64,000 nt of DNA from Candidatus Latescibacterota bacterium (GTDB lineage: Bacteria > Latescibacterota > UBA2968 > GCA-2709665), in the NCBI GenBank assembly GCA_965219455.1, contig OZ244744.1, positions 2,688,001 through 2,752,000 of the forward strand, read 5' to 3'. The translations under genes were made by a program, and so were the position numbers. This document shows, piece after piece, positions 1 through 9,943 of the stretch. Under the pieces are notes generated by a model. It had not been told where the DNA came from. It worked only from the letters and a program-made list of their open reading frames with translations, and did no database searches. Position 1 is the stretch's first letter. Every line of letters begins with the position of its first letter.

Positions 1-3000
1 TCTTTCAGCCCGAGACGCCGCTCCCCTTCCGGCAGCACTACCGGGGCGCCCTGGATCTCGCCGCCCTGTTCCCTGAGCGAAAAAACCTGCAACCCCTTGA
101 GTTTGCATTTGAGGTGGCCGGCCGGGAGATTGTTTCGTTGAACGCGGATTTCGAGTTGATCGAGAAAGAAGATCCGCGCCTGGTGGTTTACAAAGGGCGG
201 GTCATGTTCAGCGAGAAGACGCCGCTCGAACAGGTGCGGCAAGCGGCCCGGCTGTCTCTGTCTCTGAGCCGGGAGCGGCCTTCCCTCGCCTGGAAAGTGG
301 ACGTCGAGGGCAAGGCCTTTTCGTTCGTTTCGGAACCGATCGAGCGGCGCGATAGAATAAGAAGCCTCGTTTTCACGCTCAATAAAGATGCGCTGGCGAT
401 ATCGCGTGACTTCAGGGAGAGGAGGATTCTGGCTGCCATAACGGAAATGAATATTGTCAAGGTCAAAGGCCACGGGGAAGGGCGGCAGCCCGGGCTTACG
501 GTCGAATTGTCGGACGACCTGGACCCCCGCCAGGACATCCGCGGGTTGCTGGCCGTAGATCCTCTGATGGATATCCGGATCAGGACGCTGGGCAGGAAAA
601 TCCACGTAAGTGGCGAGTTCGAACACGGCCGGTACTACACCCTGACCGCCTTTCCCGGCATTCGCAGCCGATGGGGTGTGGCAACCGCCTCCGAACGTAC
701 CGAGACGGTCCAGATACCCGACCTCAAACCCCAGGTTCGCTTCTCCGAAGACGGGATGATCCTGCCAACGGCCAACCGCCAGCGGGTCCGGTTCCGGACG
801 GTGAACGTGAGCCGTGTGAAGCTCCGGGTCCAACAGGTTTTCGACTCGAACCTGGGCCAGTTCCTTCAGAGTCAGAGTTTGAAGAGCGCCGGCGACCGCC
901 GGCGGGATTTCCACTCCTGGCAGGTCGACCGCGTGGGCGTGGGGCTGGTGGATACGGTCCTGGAGATCGGCCAGGTCCGCAACCGGTGGCTGCAGCACGA
1001 ACTGGATCTGAACGCGCTGCTCGATCCGTCCGAAAAAGGGCCGCTGCTGCTCAGTCTCAGCTTTAAACATATTGACATGCTGTACGGCGCGCCCGGTGAG
1101 GCCGAGGAAGCCCGGAAGCAATGGCGGTGGAACCGGCGGTTGCGGGGTTACGGCAGTCATCCCTTTTCACCGGGATACGTCCGCACGCGCGGCAGGGCAT
1201 TCAAGCCGGTTATCGTAAGCGATATCGGCCTGACGTACAAAAAGGCGCACCGCCGGCACATCGTTTACGCACGAGATATCAACGACGCGGCGCCCATGCC
1301 CGGCGTGGCGGTCACGCTGCGTACCTTCCAGAACCAGGTGGCCGGCCGGGGCCTGACCGACAGAAACGGCACGGCCACGTTCCCGGGCGGAGAGCGGGAC
1401 ATATTCTATGTTGAAGCGGAAAAAGACGGCCGGAAAAGCGTCATAAAGTGCAACGAAATGGCCTGGAACCTGTCCACCTTTGATACCGGGGGCGCCTCTG
1501 CGCCGCCGGACGGCGTCAGGGCGTTCATTTATGCCGAGCGCGGCGTGTATCGACCCGGCGACGAGATCCATCTTTCACTGATCGCGCGCAACTCGGAGGA
1601 GACCTTTCCCGAAAACCACCCGGTGACGCTAAAGCTCTATAACCCGAGAAATCAGCTTGTGCTCGAGCGGACGGCCCGAACGGGCAAGGACGGCTTCTAC
1701 GTATTCAGCTTCAAGACCGAGCCCGACGATCCCACGGGAAACTGGCGGGCGCGGCTGGAGGTGGGAAGCCGGACGTTCGACCATACGGTGAAAGTCGAGA
1801 CGGTGGCCCCCTATCGGTTGAAGGTCCGGATCGAGCCCGAAAAGAAGGAACTGACGCCTGAGGACGATGAACTTCGACTGGAGCTCGTGAGTACCTATCT
1901 GTTCGGCAATCCGGCGGCCGGGCTGGATGCCGAAGTTGCGGTTGAATTCCGGCACAGGGCCCGGCAGTTTGCCGACTACGCGGGTTTCAGCTTCACCAAC
2001 GAAGCCGCACGGTACACGCCGATTCGCACCAGCATCTTCAAGGATAAACTCGACTTGGAAGGCCGCGCGCAGGTGCGCTGGCCGCTGCCGGCCCCGGGCC
2101 GGGCACCATCGGCCATTCGTGTCCGAATCGATGCCACGGTGTTGGAGAAAGGCGGCCGCCCCAACCGCAGCAGCGAAACACTCGCCTTCGATCCATACGA
2201 CCGGTACGTCGGTGTGCGAAAACCGCAGTTCGACTACGGATATACCCGGCTGGGATCCGCGCTGGAGATTCCGGTTGTACTGGTAACGGCTCAGGGGCAG
2301 GCAGCGGCGGGTCTGCCGCTTGAATATCGCATTTACAGAAGCACGGTGCACTGGTGGTGGGAGTACGAGTCCCGGGACCAGTTTCGCCTTCGGTTCAAAA
2401 CGGATCAGTACACGGAACGGATCGAAAGCGGTTCGCTATTTTCGCAATCAGCGCCCGTACCGCTGGTGTTTACGCCTCAGCAACGTGGCGAGTACCTGAT
2501 CGAGGTGCAGGATGCGGGTGGCCATACCGCCGCGTTCTTCATGCGCGCCTATCCCTGGGGCGAATCGCAGGCCGATCCGAAATCCGCAGGCATGCTGGCG
2601 CTCAAGACCGACAGGAAGTCCTACGCCCCCGGCGATTCCGCCCTGGTGACGTTTCCCGCGCCGCGACAGGGCGCGATTCTGGTCTCGGTGGAACAGGACA
2701 GTCGCATTCTGCAGACCCGATGGTACGAACCGGACGGTCACCCCGACGAGTTCCAGGTTCCGGTATCCATCACACGGGAAATGGCGCCCACGGCATACGT
2801 TGGCGTCTCGGTCCTCCAGCCGTACAGCCAGACGTTGAACGATCGACCGATTCGCCTGTACGGCGTCGTTCCGCTCAATGTAAGCGATCCCCATACCCGC
2901 CAGGAAATCTCCATTCGCATGCCGGGCGAACTCAGGCCCGAGTCCCCGTTTCAGATTCAGGTGGAAACGGGCGACGGGCAGCCGGCTCAGTTCACGCTTG

Positions 3001-5243
3001 CGGTAGTGGACGAGGGGTTGCTGGCGCTCACGGGGTTTTCCACGCCGGACGCCTGGCAGTCGTTTTACAGGAAGCGTCGGCTGGGGGTGGTTACGCACGA
3101 CGTTTATTCCCACGTCATCGGCGCCAATAAAGGGGACGTCTTCAGGACCTTTTCCGTGGGAGGCGGATACGCGGAAGCCTACAGGGCTTCCCATCTGGAC
3201 CCGGAAGGAAGAAAGCGGTTCAAGGCCGTATCGCTGTTCAAGGGTCCCATCGAAACCGACGCGCAGGGACGGGCCACCATTGACTTCGATATGCCGGACT
3301 ACGTGGGTTCGGTAAGGGTGATGGCCGTTTCCGCCAGCAGAGCGCGATACGGCCGGGCAGAGACATCCGTTCCGGTGAAGACCGATCTGATGGTGATGCC
3401 CACGCTGCCGCGCGTACTTGGGCCGGGGGATCGCATTATAGTCCCCGTGACTGTTTTCGCGATGGTCGACAATATCGGACCGACCATTGTTTCGATACGG
3501 ACCGAGGGCCCGGTATCGGTCGTCGGTCCGGCCCGCCAGGAACTGGAATTCGAAAAAACGGGGGAGCGGGATCTGTCGTTTACGCTTCAGGCGGCAGCGG
3601 CGGTGGGGCAGGCCCGGGTGGTTGTCACGGCAGAAGCATCGGACATTGCCGCAGACCATGAGACCGACCTGAAGGTCCGTCCATCGTCAGCCAGGATCTA
3701 CGCGGCACAGGAGCAGGACATCCGGCCCGGCGAGAGGGTCCGATTCACGGTCCCGGACAGAGGACTGCCCGGTACCAATCGCGCACGCGTGGCCGTGCGC
3801 CGGCGGCCCGACCTGGGGATGACCCATCGGTTGCTGGGGTTGGTTCGCTATCCGTACGGCTGTATCGAGCAGACGGTTTCGGCCGCGTTTCCACAGCTTT
3901 ATCTGGGGACTTTTCTGGAAGGCGTGAAGTATGCCGGAGACGCAACGGGCGACATCGACGTGTACATCAATTCGGCGATCCGCAAGCTGAGGAAATTCAA
4001 GCTTGTCTCCGGCGGGTTCACTTACTGGCCCGGCGGATCGTCGGTTTCTCCCTGGGGTTCCCTGTACACGGGGCATTTCATGATTGAAGCCGGCAAGCTG
4101 GGATACCATGTGCCGCAGGACCTGATGGCCAACTGGTTGCGTTACGAAAAATCGCGTGCGCTTACCACCAAAGACAACCTGATGGAACGGGTTTATCGGG
4201 TCTATCTCCTGGCGCTTGCCGGCGAATACCAGATCGGCCCGATGAATTTGCTGAAGGAGACCGGCATCAAAGACATGAACGACACCCAGAAGTGGATGCT
4301 GGCCGCGGCCTATCATCTTGCCGGCGTGGAGCGGACCGCCGCGCAGATCCTCATCCCCGCGGGCAAGCGGGTGAAGCGTTACAACGAATCGGGGGGCACG
4401 TACGGCTCGGGCCTGCGGGATCTGTCGATCATTCTGAATACGCTCGTGCTGTTCGAACGCTGGTCGGAGGCCGACGAGATCGCCAAAGAATTGGGCGCGG
4501 CGCTTGCGTCTCAGAATTGGTACAGCACCCACACCACCGGGTTTATGCTTCTGGCCCTGGGCAAATATCTCCGGTCTCTCGACAACGAGGACGGCGGCCC
4601 TTCGGTGCTTGCTGGCACGATCAGCCTTCCTGACGGACGGGCGGTGCGGTTCGAGACGAATCGGTCTGCCCACCACGTTGAGATCGAAGAGGGTTTCGGC
4701 AAGGAAGTAGAGGTATTTCTGGATTCGACCTCTACCATCAAGAGGGCGTTCGCGACCCTGGACTGGGACGGAGTTCCACTTACCGACGACGTGGGAGATA
4801 CGTCCGGCAAGCTGAAGCTGGAAGTGGCCTGGCTCAATGACGAAGGTATGCCGGTCGATCCCTCGGAACTGTCGCAGGGTGAGGTTTTCTGGGGCCATTT
4901 TCGCGTGCGCAATCTGACGGTCGCGCGCAACGTCGAAGAGGTTGCACTGGTTCAGGTCCTGCCCGCCGGATGGGAAATCGACAATCCGCGGCTGTCCGAC
5001 CGGACGGCGCCGAAATGGACAAAGCGCCTGAATCTGAACCGCGAGGAATACATGGACGCACGCGACGATCGGGTGATGTGGTTTTTCGATTTCGTGAATC
5101 GCAGGCACCTGGATTTCGTGGTCCGTTTGAACGCCGTTACGGCAGGGTCATTCAGGCTGCCCGCAACGGTTGCGGAAGCGATGTACAATCGAGCCTATCG
5201 GTCGACGGCAGCCGGAAGACGGGTTGTGGTCAAACAGCGATAG
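1..5243 (+). CDS. yfhM: Bacterial alpha-2-macroglobulin (5' partial; frame open to window edge)
   Basis: Thioester motif YPYGCIEQ, MG-domain motif RGVYRPGD, VVDEG motif, size >1700 aa, followed by pbpC. The frame has no stop from nt 3 to 114. Confidence 0.95.
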   Translation, partial: FQPETPLPFRQHYRGALDLAALFPERKNLQPLEFAFEVAGREIVSLNADFELIEKEDPRLVVYKGRVMFSEKTPLEQVRQAARLSLSLSRERPSLAWKVDVEGKAFSFVSEPIERRDRIRSLVFTLNKDALAISRDFRERRILAAITEMNIVKVKGHGEGRQPGLTVELSDDLDPRQDIRGLLAVDPLMDIRIRTLGRKIHVSGEFEHGRYYTLTAFPGIRSRWGVATASERTETVQIPDLKPQVRFSEDGMILPTANRQRVRFRTVNVSRVKLRVQQVFDSNLGQFLQSQSLKSAGDRRRDFHSWQVDRVGVGLVDTVLEIGQVRNRWLQHELDLNALLDPSEKGPLLLSLSFKHIDMLYGAPGEAEEARKQWRWNRRLRGYGSHPFSPGYVRTRGRAFKPVIVSDIGLTYKKAHRRHIVYARDINDAAPMPGVAVTLRTFQNQVAGRGLTDRNGTATFPGGERDIFYVEAEKDGRKSVIKCNEMAWNLSTFDTGGASAPPDGVRAFIYAERGVYRPGDEIHLSLIARNSEETFPENHPVTLKLYNPRNQLVLERTARTGKDGFYVFSFKTEPDDPTGNWRARLEVGSRTFDHTVKVETVAPYRLKVRIEPEKKELTPEDDELRLELVSTYLFGNPAAGLDAEVAVEFRHRARQFADYAGFSFTNEAARYTPIRTSIFKDKLDLEGRAQVRWPLPAPGRAPSAIRVRIDATVLEKGGRPNRSSETLAFDPYDRYVGVRKPQFDYGYTRLGSALEIPVVLVTAQGQAAAGLPLEYRIYRSTVHWWWEYESRDQFRLRFKTDQYTERIESGSLFSQSAPVPLVFTPQQRGEYLIEVQDAGGHTAAFFMRAYPWGESQADPKSAGMLALKTDRKSYAPGDSALVTFPAPRQGAILVSVEQDSRILQTRWYEPDGHPDEFQVPVSITREMAPTAYVGVSVLQPYSQTLNDRPIRLYGVVPLNVSDPHTRQEISIRMPGELRPESPFQIQVETGDGQPAQFTLAVVDEGLLALTGFSTPDAWQSFYRKRRLGVVTHDVYSHVIGANKGDVFRTFSVGGGYAEAYRASHLDPEGRKRFKAVSLFKGPIETDAQGRATIDFDMPDYVGSVRVMAVSASRARYGRAETSVPVKTDLMVMPTLPRVLGPGDRIIVPVTVFAMVDNIGPTIVSIRTEGPVSVVGPARQELEFEKTGERDLSFTLQAAAAVGQARVVVTAEASDIAADHETDLKVRPSSARIYAAQEQDIRPGERVRFTVPDRGLPGTNRARVAVRRRPDLGMTHRLLGLVRYPYGCIEQTVSAAFPQLYLGTFLEGVKYAGDATGDIDVYINSAIRKLRKFKLVSGGFTYWPGGSSVSPWGSLYTGHFMIEAGKLGYHVPQDLMANWLRYEKSRALTTKDNLMERVYRVYLLALAGEYQIGPMNLLKETGIKDMNDTQKWMLAAAYHLAGVERTAAQILIPAGKRVKRYNESGGTYGSGLRDLSIILNTLVLFERWSEADEIAKELGAALASQNWYSTHTTGFMLLALGKYLRSLDNEDGGPSVLAGTISLPDGRAVRFETNRSAHHVEIEEGFGKEVEVFLDSTSTIKRAFATLDWDGVPLTDDVGDTSGKLKLEVAWLNDEGMPVDPSELSQGEVFWGHFRVRNLTVARNVEEVALVQVLPAGWEIDNPRLSDRTAPKWTKRLNLNREEYMDARDDRVMWFFDFVNRRHLDFVVRLNAVTAGSFRLPATVAEAMYNRAYRSTAAGRRVVVKQR

Positions 5244-5430
5244 AACGGCTCCGGGTTGTCGAAATCGCGGGAAGCGGTAAAGACAGCGATCAGCTATAAG
5301 CCGTCAGTTGTCAGCTAAAAACGAAAAGCAAAAGGCAGATTGCCATACGGCTTGGCGATGTCAATTCACGGATACTTTGTGTTTGTAGGTGCGGTTCGGG
5401 GAACGATGTTCTTTTGCAGGAGCTGATAAT

Positions 5431-7818
5431 ATGTTTTGGCGGCGGCGGCGCATGGCGGCCAGGGGAAGAAGGCGCACCGGGTCCCTTCTTGCAGGTGGAA
5501 GACGCGTGAGGATGGGGATCTGTCTTACGTTTCTTCTCTTCCCCGCGGCGCTCTACGTTTCGATTCCCGTGCCGGATCCGCTGTTCGATCCTGACTACAG
5601 TACGGTTGTGCTGGATGAACAGGGTCGGATCCTGCGGATATTCCTGAATGGGGATGAGCAGTGGTGTTTCCCCCACCAGGCGAACGCCGATGTTCCGCAC
5701 GCCCTGGAGCAGGCGGTTCTCAGTTTCGAGGACCGTCACTTTTACAGGCATCCCGGCGTGGATCCACTGGCGCTGCTTCGGGCCGTCTATCAGAATATCC
5801 GTGCGGGAGAGGTCGTCAGCGGCGCGAGCACGCTGACGATGCAGGTTGCCCGCATGACGTCGCCCAAGAGGAGGACCTATATCAACAAGGCCCTGGAGAT
5901 GCTCCAGGCATTGAAGATCGAGCTGCATTATGACAAGAAACAGATCCTGAATCTCTATCTGGACCACGCGCCCTATGGCGGCAATGTTGTGGGCTACCGC
6001 GCGGCTGCGCATCGGTATTTCGGCAAGTCGCCCGTACGGCTGACCTGGGGAGAGGCCGCCACATTGGCGGTTCTTCCGAATGCGCCGGGGCTGATATCGC
6101 CTCTTGCCGACCCGGAAAAACTGCGGCTCAGGCGCGACCGGCTTCTGAGCCGGCTGCTGAACGAAGGGATGATAGACGCCGAGACCTTTGGTTTGGCGAG
6201 GATGGAGGCGGTGCCGGACGGCACCAGGCCGTTGCCAATGGATGCGCCGCATCTGGCGCGACGGCTTGAGTCCCTGCACCGGAATACGTACATACGTACC
6301 ACCCTTCAACGAGCGATTCAGAGACAAAGCGAGGAAATCGTTAATCGACACGCCGCCTTTATGCGGCGTCTGGGCGTCCGAAACGGCGCGGCCCTGGTAG
6401 CTGAGACCCGTACGGGGAAGGTACGCGCATACGTTGGATCCCAGGAATTCTTCGACGCCCGGAACCAGGGCCAGGTGGACGGCGTTGTGGCCGCAAGGTC
6501 CTCCGGATCTTTGCTCAAGCCGTTTCTATTCGCCCTGGGCATCGACGAAGGCATTTTGCTGCCCCAGACGCGAATCCGGGATCTTCCCACCCCCTACGGC
6601 GCCTTTTCCCCCGGGAACGCGGATGGAACCTTTGGAGGGTTGGTGGCGGCCAAGGAGGCGCTGGTTCGTTCGCTCAATGTGCCCGCGGTCCGGTTACTGG
6701 ATGCGTACGGGATGGATCCGTTTTACAGGTTTTTGAAATCCGCCGGGCTGACGACGCTTTTTCGCTCCCCTGGCGATTACGGTCTGCCGATGATTCTCGG
6801 TGGCGTCGAGGTCAGCCTGTGGGATATGGCGTTGTGCTACCGCGCGTTGGCCAACGGAGGCCGGTTCAGTCCACTCAAGGTCCTGACAAGGACACACCAC
6901 GCGGAGGGTCCCGCGCTCATCAGTCCCGGCGCCTGTTATCTGACGCTGAACATGCTTCGAGATCTCAAGCGGCCGGGCGTGGAATACTACTGGGAGCAGT
7001 ACCAGAACCAGTGGCCGATCGCCTGGAAAACCGGAACCAGCTACGGGAAGCGGGACGCCTGGGCGATCGGCGTGAGCCCTGAGTGGACGGTGGCCGTCTG
7101 GATAGGCAATTTTGGCGGCCGCGGCAATGCGAACCTTACGGGCGCAAGCGCGGCCGCGCCCCTTCTGTTCGATTTGTTCAACATGCTGCCAAAGCAGCGC
7201 GAACACGCGTGGATCGAGGCGCCGGTTGCCGACCTGAGCCCGGTTCAACTTTGCGCGGATACGGGATTCCGAGCGGGCCCGCACTGCGAGCGCCCGGTTT
7301 CCGTCGATGCGCCGTTACATATGAAACCCCTTCGGATCTGTCCCTATCACCGGACGTTTCAGGTGGCGCTGGACGGGGGCCATCGCGTGTGTTCGCTCTG
7401 CTGGGAGCCGAAGGACCACCGTCCGGTCCGCCAGCTTGTCTTTCCGGCAGACGTCGTGCAATATCTGCGTAAACGGGGCCATGTTCCGGGCATGGTTCCG
7501 CCGCACAAACCGGATTGCCCGGCTCGGACCGAGCCCGATCCGCTGAAGATCACCTACCCGCAACAGAACGCCAGGCTGTGGTTGCCCAGGGACTTCGGCG
7601 GCGCGTGGCAGAAGATTGCGATGCGGGTGGCTCACAGGGAGAGAAATCGTATCCTTTATTGGTACCTGGATGACCGGTACCTGGGAAGCAGCCGTGGCCG
7701 GCATGTCAAAGCCGCGGAGCTCTCAAGGGGATGGCACACGCTGGATGTTGTGGACGAGATTGGCAACCGGGATCAGAAGCGCTTTTTCGTCGACCTGAAA
7801 CGTGAGAAGCTGTTTTAG
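5431..7818 (+). CDS. pbpC: Penicillin-binding protein 1C
   Basis: Transglycosylase motifs EDRHFYRHPGVD and GASTLTMQ, transpeptidase SLLK/SLN/KTG, Cys-containing C-terminal region. GGAG precedes ATG 5431; start uncertain. Confidence 0.93.
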   Translation: MFWRRRRMAARGRRRTGSLLAGGRRVRMGICLTFLLFPAALYVSIPVPDPLFDPDYSTVVLDEQGRILRIFLNGDEQWCFPHQANADVPHALEQAVLSFEDRHFYRHPGVDPLALLRAVYQNIRAGEVVSGASTLTMQVARMTSPKRRTYINKALEMLQALKIELHYDKKQILNLYLDHAPYGGNVVGYRAAAHRYFGKSPVRLTWGEAATLAVLPNAPGLISPLADPEKLRLRRDRLLSRLLNEGMIDAETFGLARMEAVPDGTRPLPMDAPHLARRLESLHRNTYIRTTLQRAIQRQSEEIVNRHAAFMRRLGVRNGAALVAETRTGKVRAYVGSQEFFDARNQGQVDGVVAARSSGSLLKPFLFALGIDEGILLPQTRIRDLPTPYGAFSPGNADGTFGGLVAAKEALVRSLNVPAVRLLDAYGMDPFYRFLKSAGLTTLFRSPGDYGLPMILGGVEVSLWDMALCYRALANGGRFSPLKVLTRTHHAEGPALISPGACYLTLNMLRDLKRPGVEYYWEQYQNQWPIAWKTGTSYGKRDAWAIGVSPEWTVAVWIGNFGGRGNANLTGASAAAPLLFDLFNMLPKQREHAWIEAPVADLSPVQLCADTGFRAGPHCERPVSVDAPLHMKPLRICPYHRTFQVALDGGHRVCSLCWEPKDHRPVRQLVFPADVVQYLRKRGHVPGMVPPHKPDCPARTEPDPLKITYPQQNARLWLPRDFGGAWQKIAMRVAHRERNRILYWYLDDRYLGSSRGRHVKAAELSRGWHTLDVVDEIGNRDQKRFFVDLKREKLF

Positions 7819-8075
7819 AATCCCCAGCGGTCTTCGCGCGGCTGACGTTGCGGCATTTCAGGGTAACCTCCCGGCAACCCTGCTTCCCCGTAACGCGTGG
7901 CGTCGCGACACAGGACTTGAAAACCCGGTGCTTCTTTGCTATCTTGAGAAGCCGCAAGACGGGAAAGGTTAGACGTGAGAGGCAGAGGCGGCCCCTCTTG
8001 ACCTAATCTGCAGGCTCTCGCCCGGGGGTTAGCGGGAGGGGCCAATTTCAGATCGCTGATCGCCGGTTTTAAATT

Positions 8076-9056
8076 ATGGATATCCAAAGAGATTCTCCGG
8101 CCGAACCCGATACCCCAACCGGCGAAACGGTCGATATCTCCATCGTCATCCCGCTCCTGAACGAAGCGGACAGCCTTCGTCCCCTGATGGAGCAGGTCCG
8201 GGAGACTATGGCGTCTGCCGGGTGCCGTTTCGAAGCCATCTTCATAGACGATGGCAGCACAGATGGCTCCATGCAGGTTCTGGAGGAACTCCACGACGCC
8301 CACGAGGAAGTCAAAGTCATTCAGTTCCGCCGTAACTTCGGTAAAGCCGCGGCGTACGCCGCGGGATTTGACTTGGCGGCGGGCCGGATGATTATCACCA
8401 TGGATGCCGACCTTCAGGACGATCCGGCGGAAATCCCCCGCCTGATCGAAAAAATTGACAGCGGCCTCGACCTGGTGTCCGGATGGAAGAAGAAGCGCTT
8501 CGATCCCCTGAGTAAAACCATCCCGTCCAAATTCTTCAACTGGGTCACCGGCCGGCTTTCGGGCATTCCGATCCACGATTTCAACTGCGGCCTCAAAGCC
8601 TTCCGCCGTGAAGTGGTGGGCGACATCAAGATATACGGCGAACTCCACCGGTACATTCCCGTTCTCGCCCACCTGGAAGGCTACCGCATCGACGAAATCG
8701 TCGTACAGCACCGCCCCCGCCGCTTCGGCGTGACCAAGTACGGATGGACGCGTCTGCTGAAGGGTTTCCTCGATCTGTTTACCGTCATGTACCTGGGACG
8801 GTACATCGGACGTCCGTTGCACCTGTTCGGCACCATCGGAATCGTCCTGAGCGCAACGGGCGTCGCCGTAAACGGCTTTATTGCCGTGCTGTGGTTCCGC
8901 ACGGGAACCATTCAGAACCGCCATCCACTTCTCTTCCTGGGAATCCTGCTGTCCGTGCTGGGCGTTCAGTTCGTGTGCACCGGCCTGCTGGCGGATATGA
9001 TCACGCGGCAGACACTTCCCCACGAGAAATTCAACGTCCGAAAGATCCTGTCATAG
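8076..9056 (+). CDS. Family 2 glycosyltransferase (ArnC/DPM1-like)
   Basis: IPLLNE, DDGSTD, RNFGK, DADLQDDP motifs and two C-terminal TM helices. Confidence 0.9.
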   Translation: MDIQRDSPAEPDTPTGETVDISIVIPLLNEADSLRPLMEQVRETMASAGCRFEAIFIDDGSTDGSMQVLEELHDAHEEVKVIQFRRNFGKAAAYAAGFDLAAGRMIITMDADLQDDPAEIPRLIEKIDSGLDLVSGWKKKRFDPLSKTIPSKFFNWVTGRLSGIPIHDFNCGLKAFRREVVGDIKIYGELHRYIPVLAHLEGYRIDEIVVQHRPRRFGVTKYGWTRLLKGFLDLFTVMYLGRYIGRPLHLFGTIGIVLSATGVAVNGFIAVLWFRTGTIQNRHPLLFLGILLSVLGVQFVCTGLLADMITRQTLPHEKFNVRKILS

Positions 9057-9297
9057 CGGCTACGTTCACGCCCGGAAAGACGAGGGCGGGATTCGGGGAG
9101 ATAATAAAAAACGACAGACCATGATTCATGCCCTGTCGCGAAAGATATGCCGGCGACGTTAAGGAAATCGGAATCCCAAAAGGGCCGATTTCCCCGCTGC
9201 GCGGATCCGACTGGTCTCGCTGCTCCAGCGCCATGTTGAATGAGCGGAACAGCAGGTCCGGTAGTTTACAACGGGTCAACGGCGCCTGACCCTTAGC

Positions 9298-9468
9298 TCA
9301 AAAGGCCACCGGCATCCCGTGGACTTGCGGGCGACCCATCACGGCCTGATCGTGCCGGAGTACCGCACGACGTACCTGTTCCGATCGCTTCTCGTTGCCT
9401 CGGATCGCATAATATAGCGCCAGAAAAGCCAGGCGGTCGCGCGGATTCAGTGCTGTTTTGAGAACCAT
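9298..9468 (-). CDS. Putative 56-aa small protein (MVLKTALNPRDRLAFLALYYAIRGNEKRSEQVRRAVLRHDQAVMGRPQVHGMPVAF)
   Basis: Translated by hand (below the track cutoff). GAGG upstream of ATG, sigma54-like promoter upstream, hairpin after the stop. Confidence 0.5.
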   Translation of the reverse strand: MVLKTALNPRDRLAFLALYYAIRGNEKRSEQVRRAVLRHDQAVMGRPQVHGMPVAF

Positions 9469-9532
9469 TTCGGGCCTCGTACGTAAAGGGGTGACAGAAC
9501 GACAACGTTAACGATGAACACCCACGATAAAT

Positions 9533-9548
9533 AGCGAATATCGTGCCA
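9533..9548 (-). promoter_or_regulatory. Sigma54 (-24/-12) promoter candidate
   Basis: TGGCACG-ATAT-TCGCT on the minus strand with correct GG/GC spacing and an AT-rich tract upstream. Confidence 0.55.
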
Positions 9549-9787
9549 GAATTTCAGAATGGGCAAGTTGTTTTCTGTTTTTTAAGCGTTTATGGGCTTT
9601 TTCAGGGCACGTGCCACAGGCAAGAAGCGGTCGAATGCGGGACAAAGTGTTCAATTACGCCACACAGTGTGAAAAATCTGGTGAAATCCACCCGTGCACT
9701 GAAAACAGCTATCAACTGTCAGCGGTCAGCTTGAACCGGTTGGCAATTTGGCATAGCGATATCAATCACGATGTGCGCGCAGTGACG

Positions 9788-9814
9788 AGGGCAACCACAA
9801 GGGTTGCCCCTACA
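9788..9814 (-). repeat. REP-like palindrome (GTAGGGGC family)
   Basis: Reverse complement TGTAGGGGCAACCCTTGTGGTTGCCC is identical to the copy at 61187-61212. Confidence 0.8.
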
Positions 9815-9943
9815 AATGCAACGACGGCGCAAAATGGTCTAATGAATCGGCGGATATGTGGTGAAACATGACCCTCCACTCCGCCGTCACGATCTTACTG
9901 GACTTTCCTTGATGCGGTATTGGAGGCGGAAGGCGGTATCCAT

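Noticed and set aside
5284-5316. Short TCAGC heptamer-like tandem (also 9706-9731)
   Set aside because: Degenerate intergenic micro-repeat with no evidence of function.
9600-9943. T-box leader for serS
   Set aside because: No GGTGGNACCGCG T-box motif seen; the hairpin there is a REP copy.
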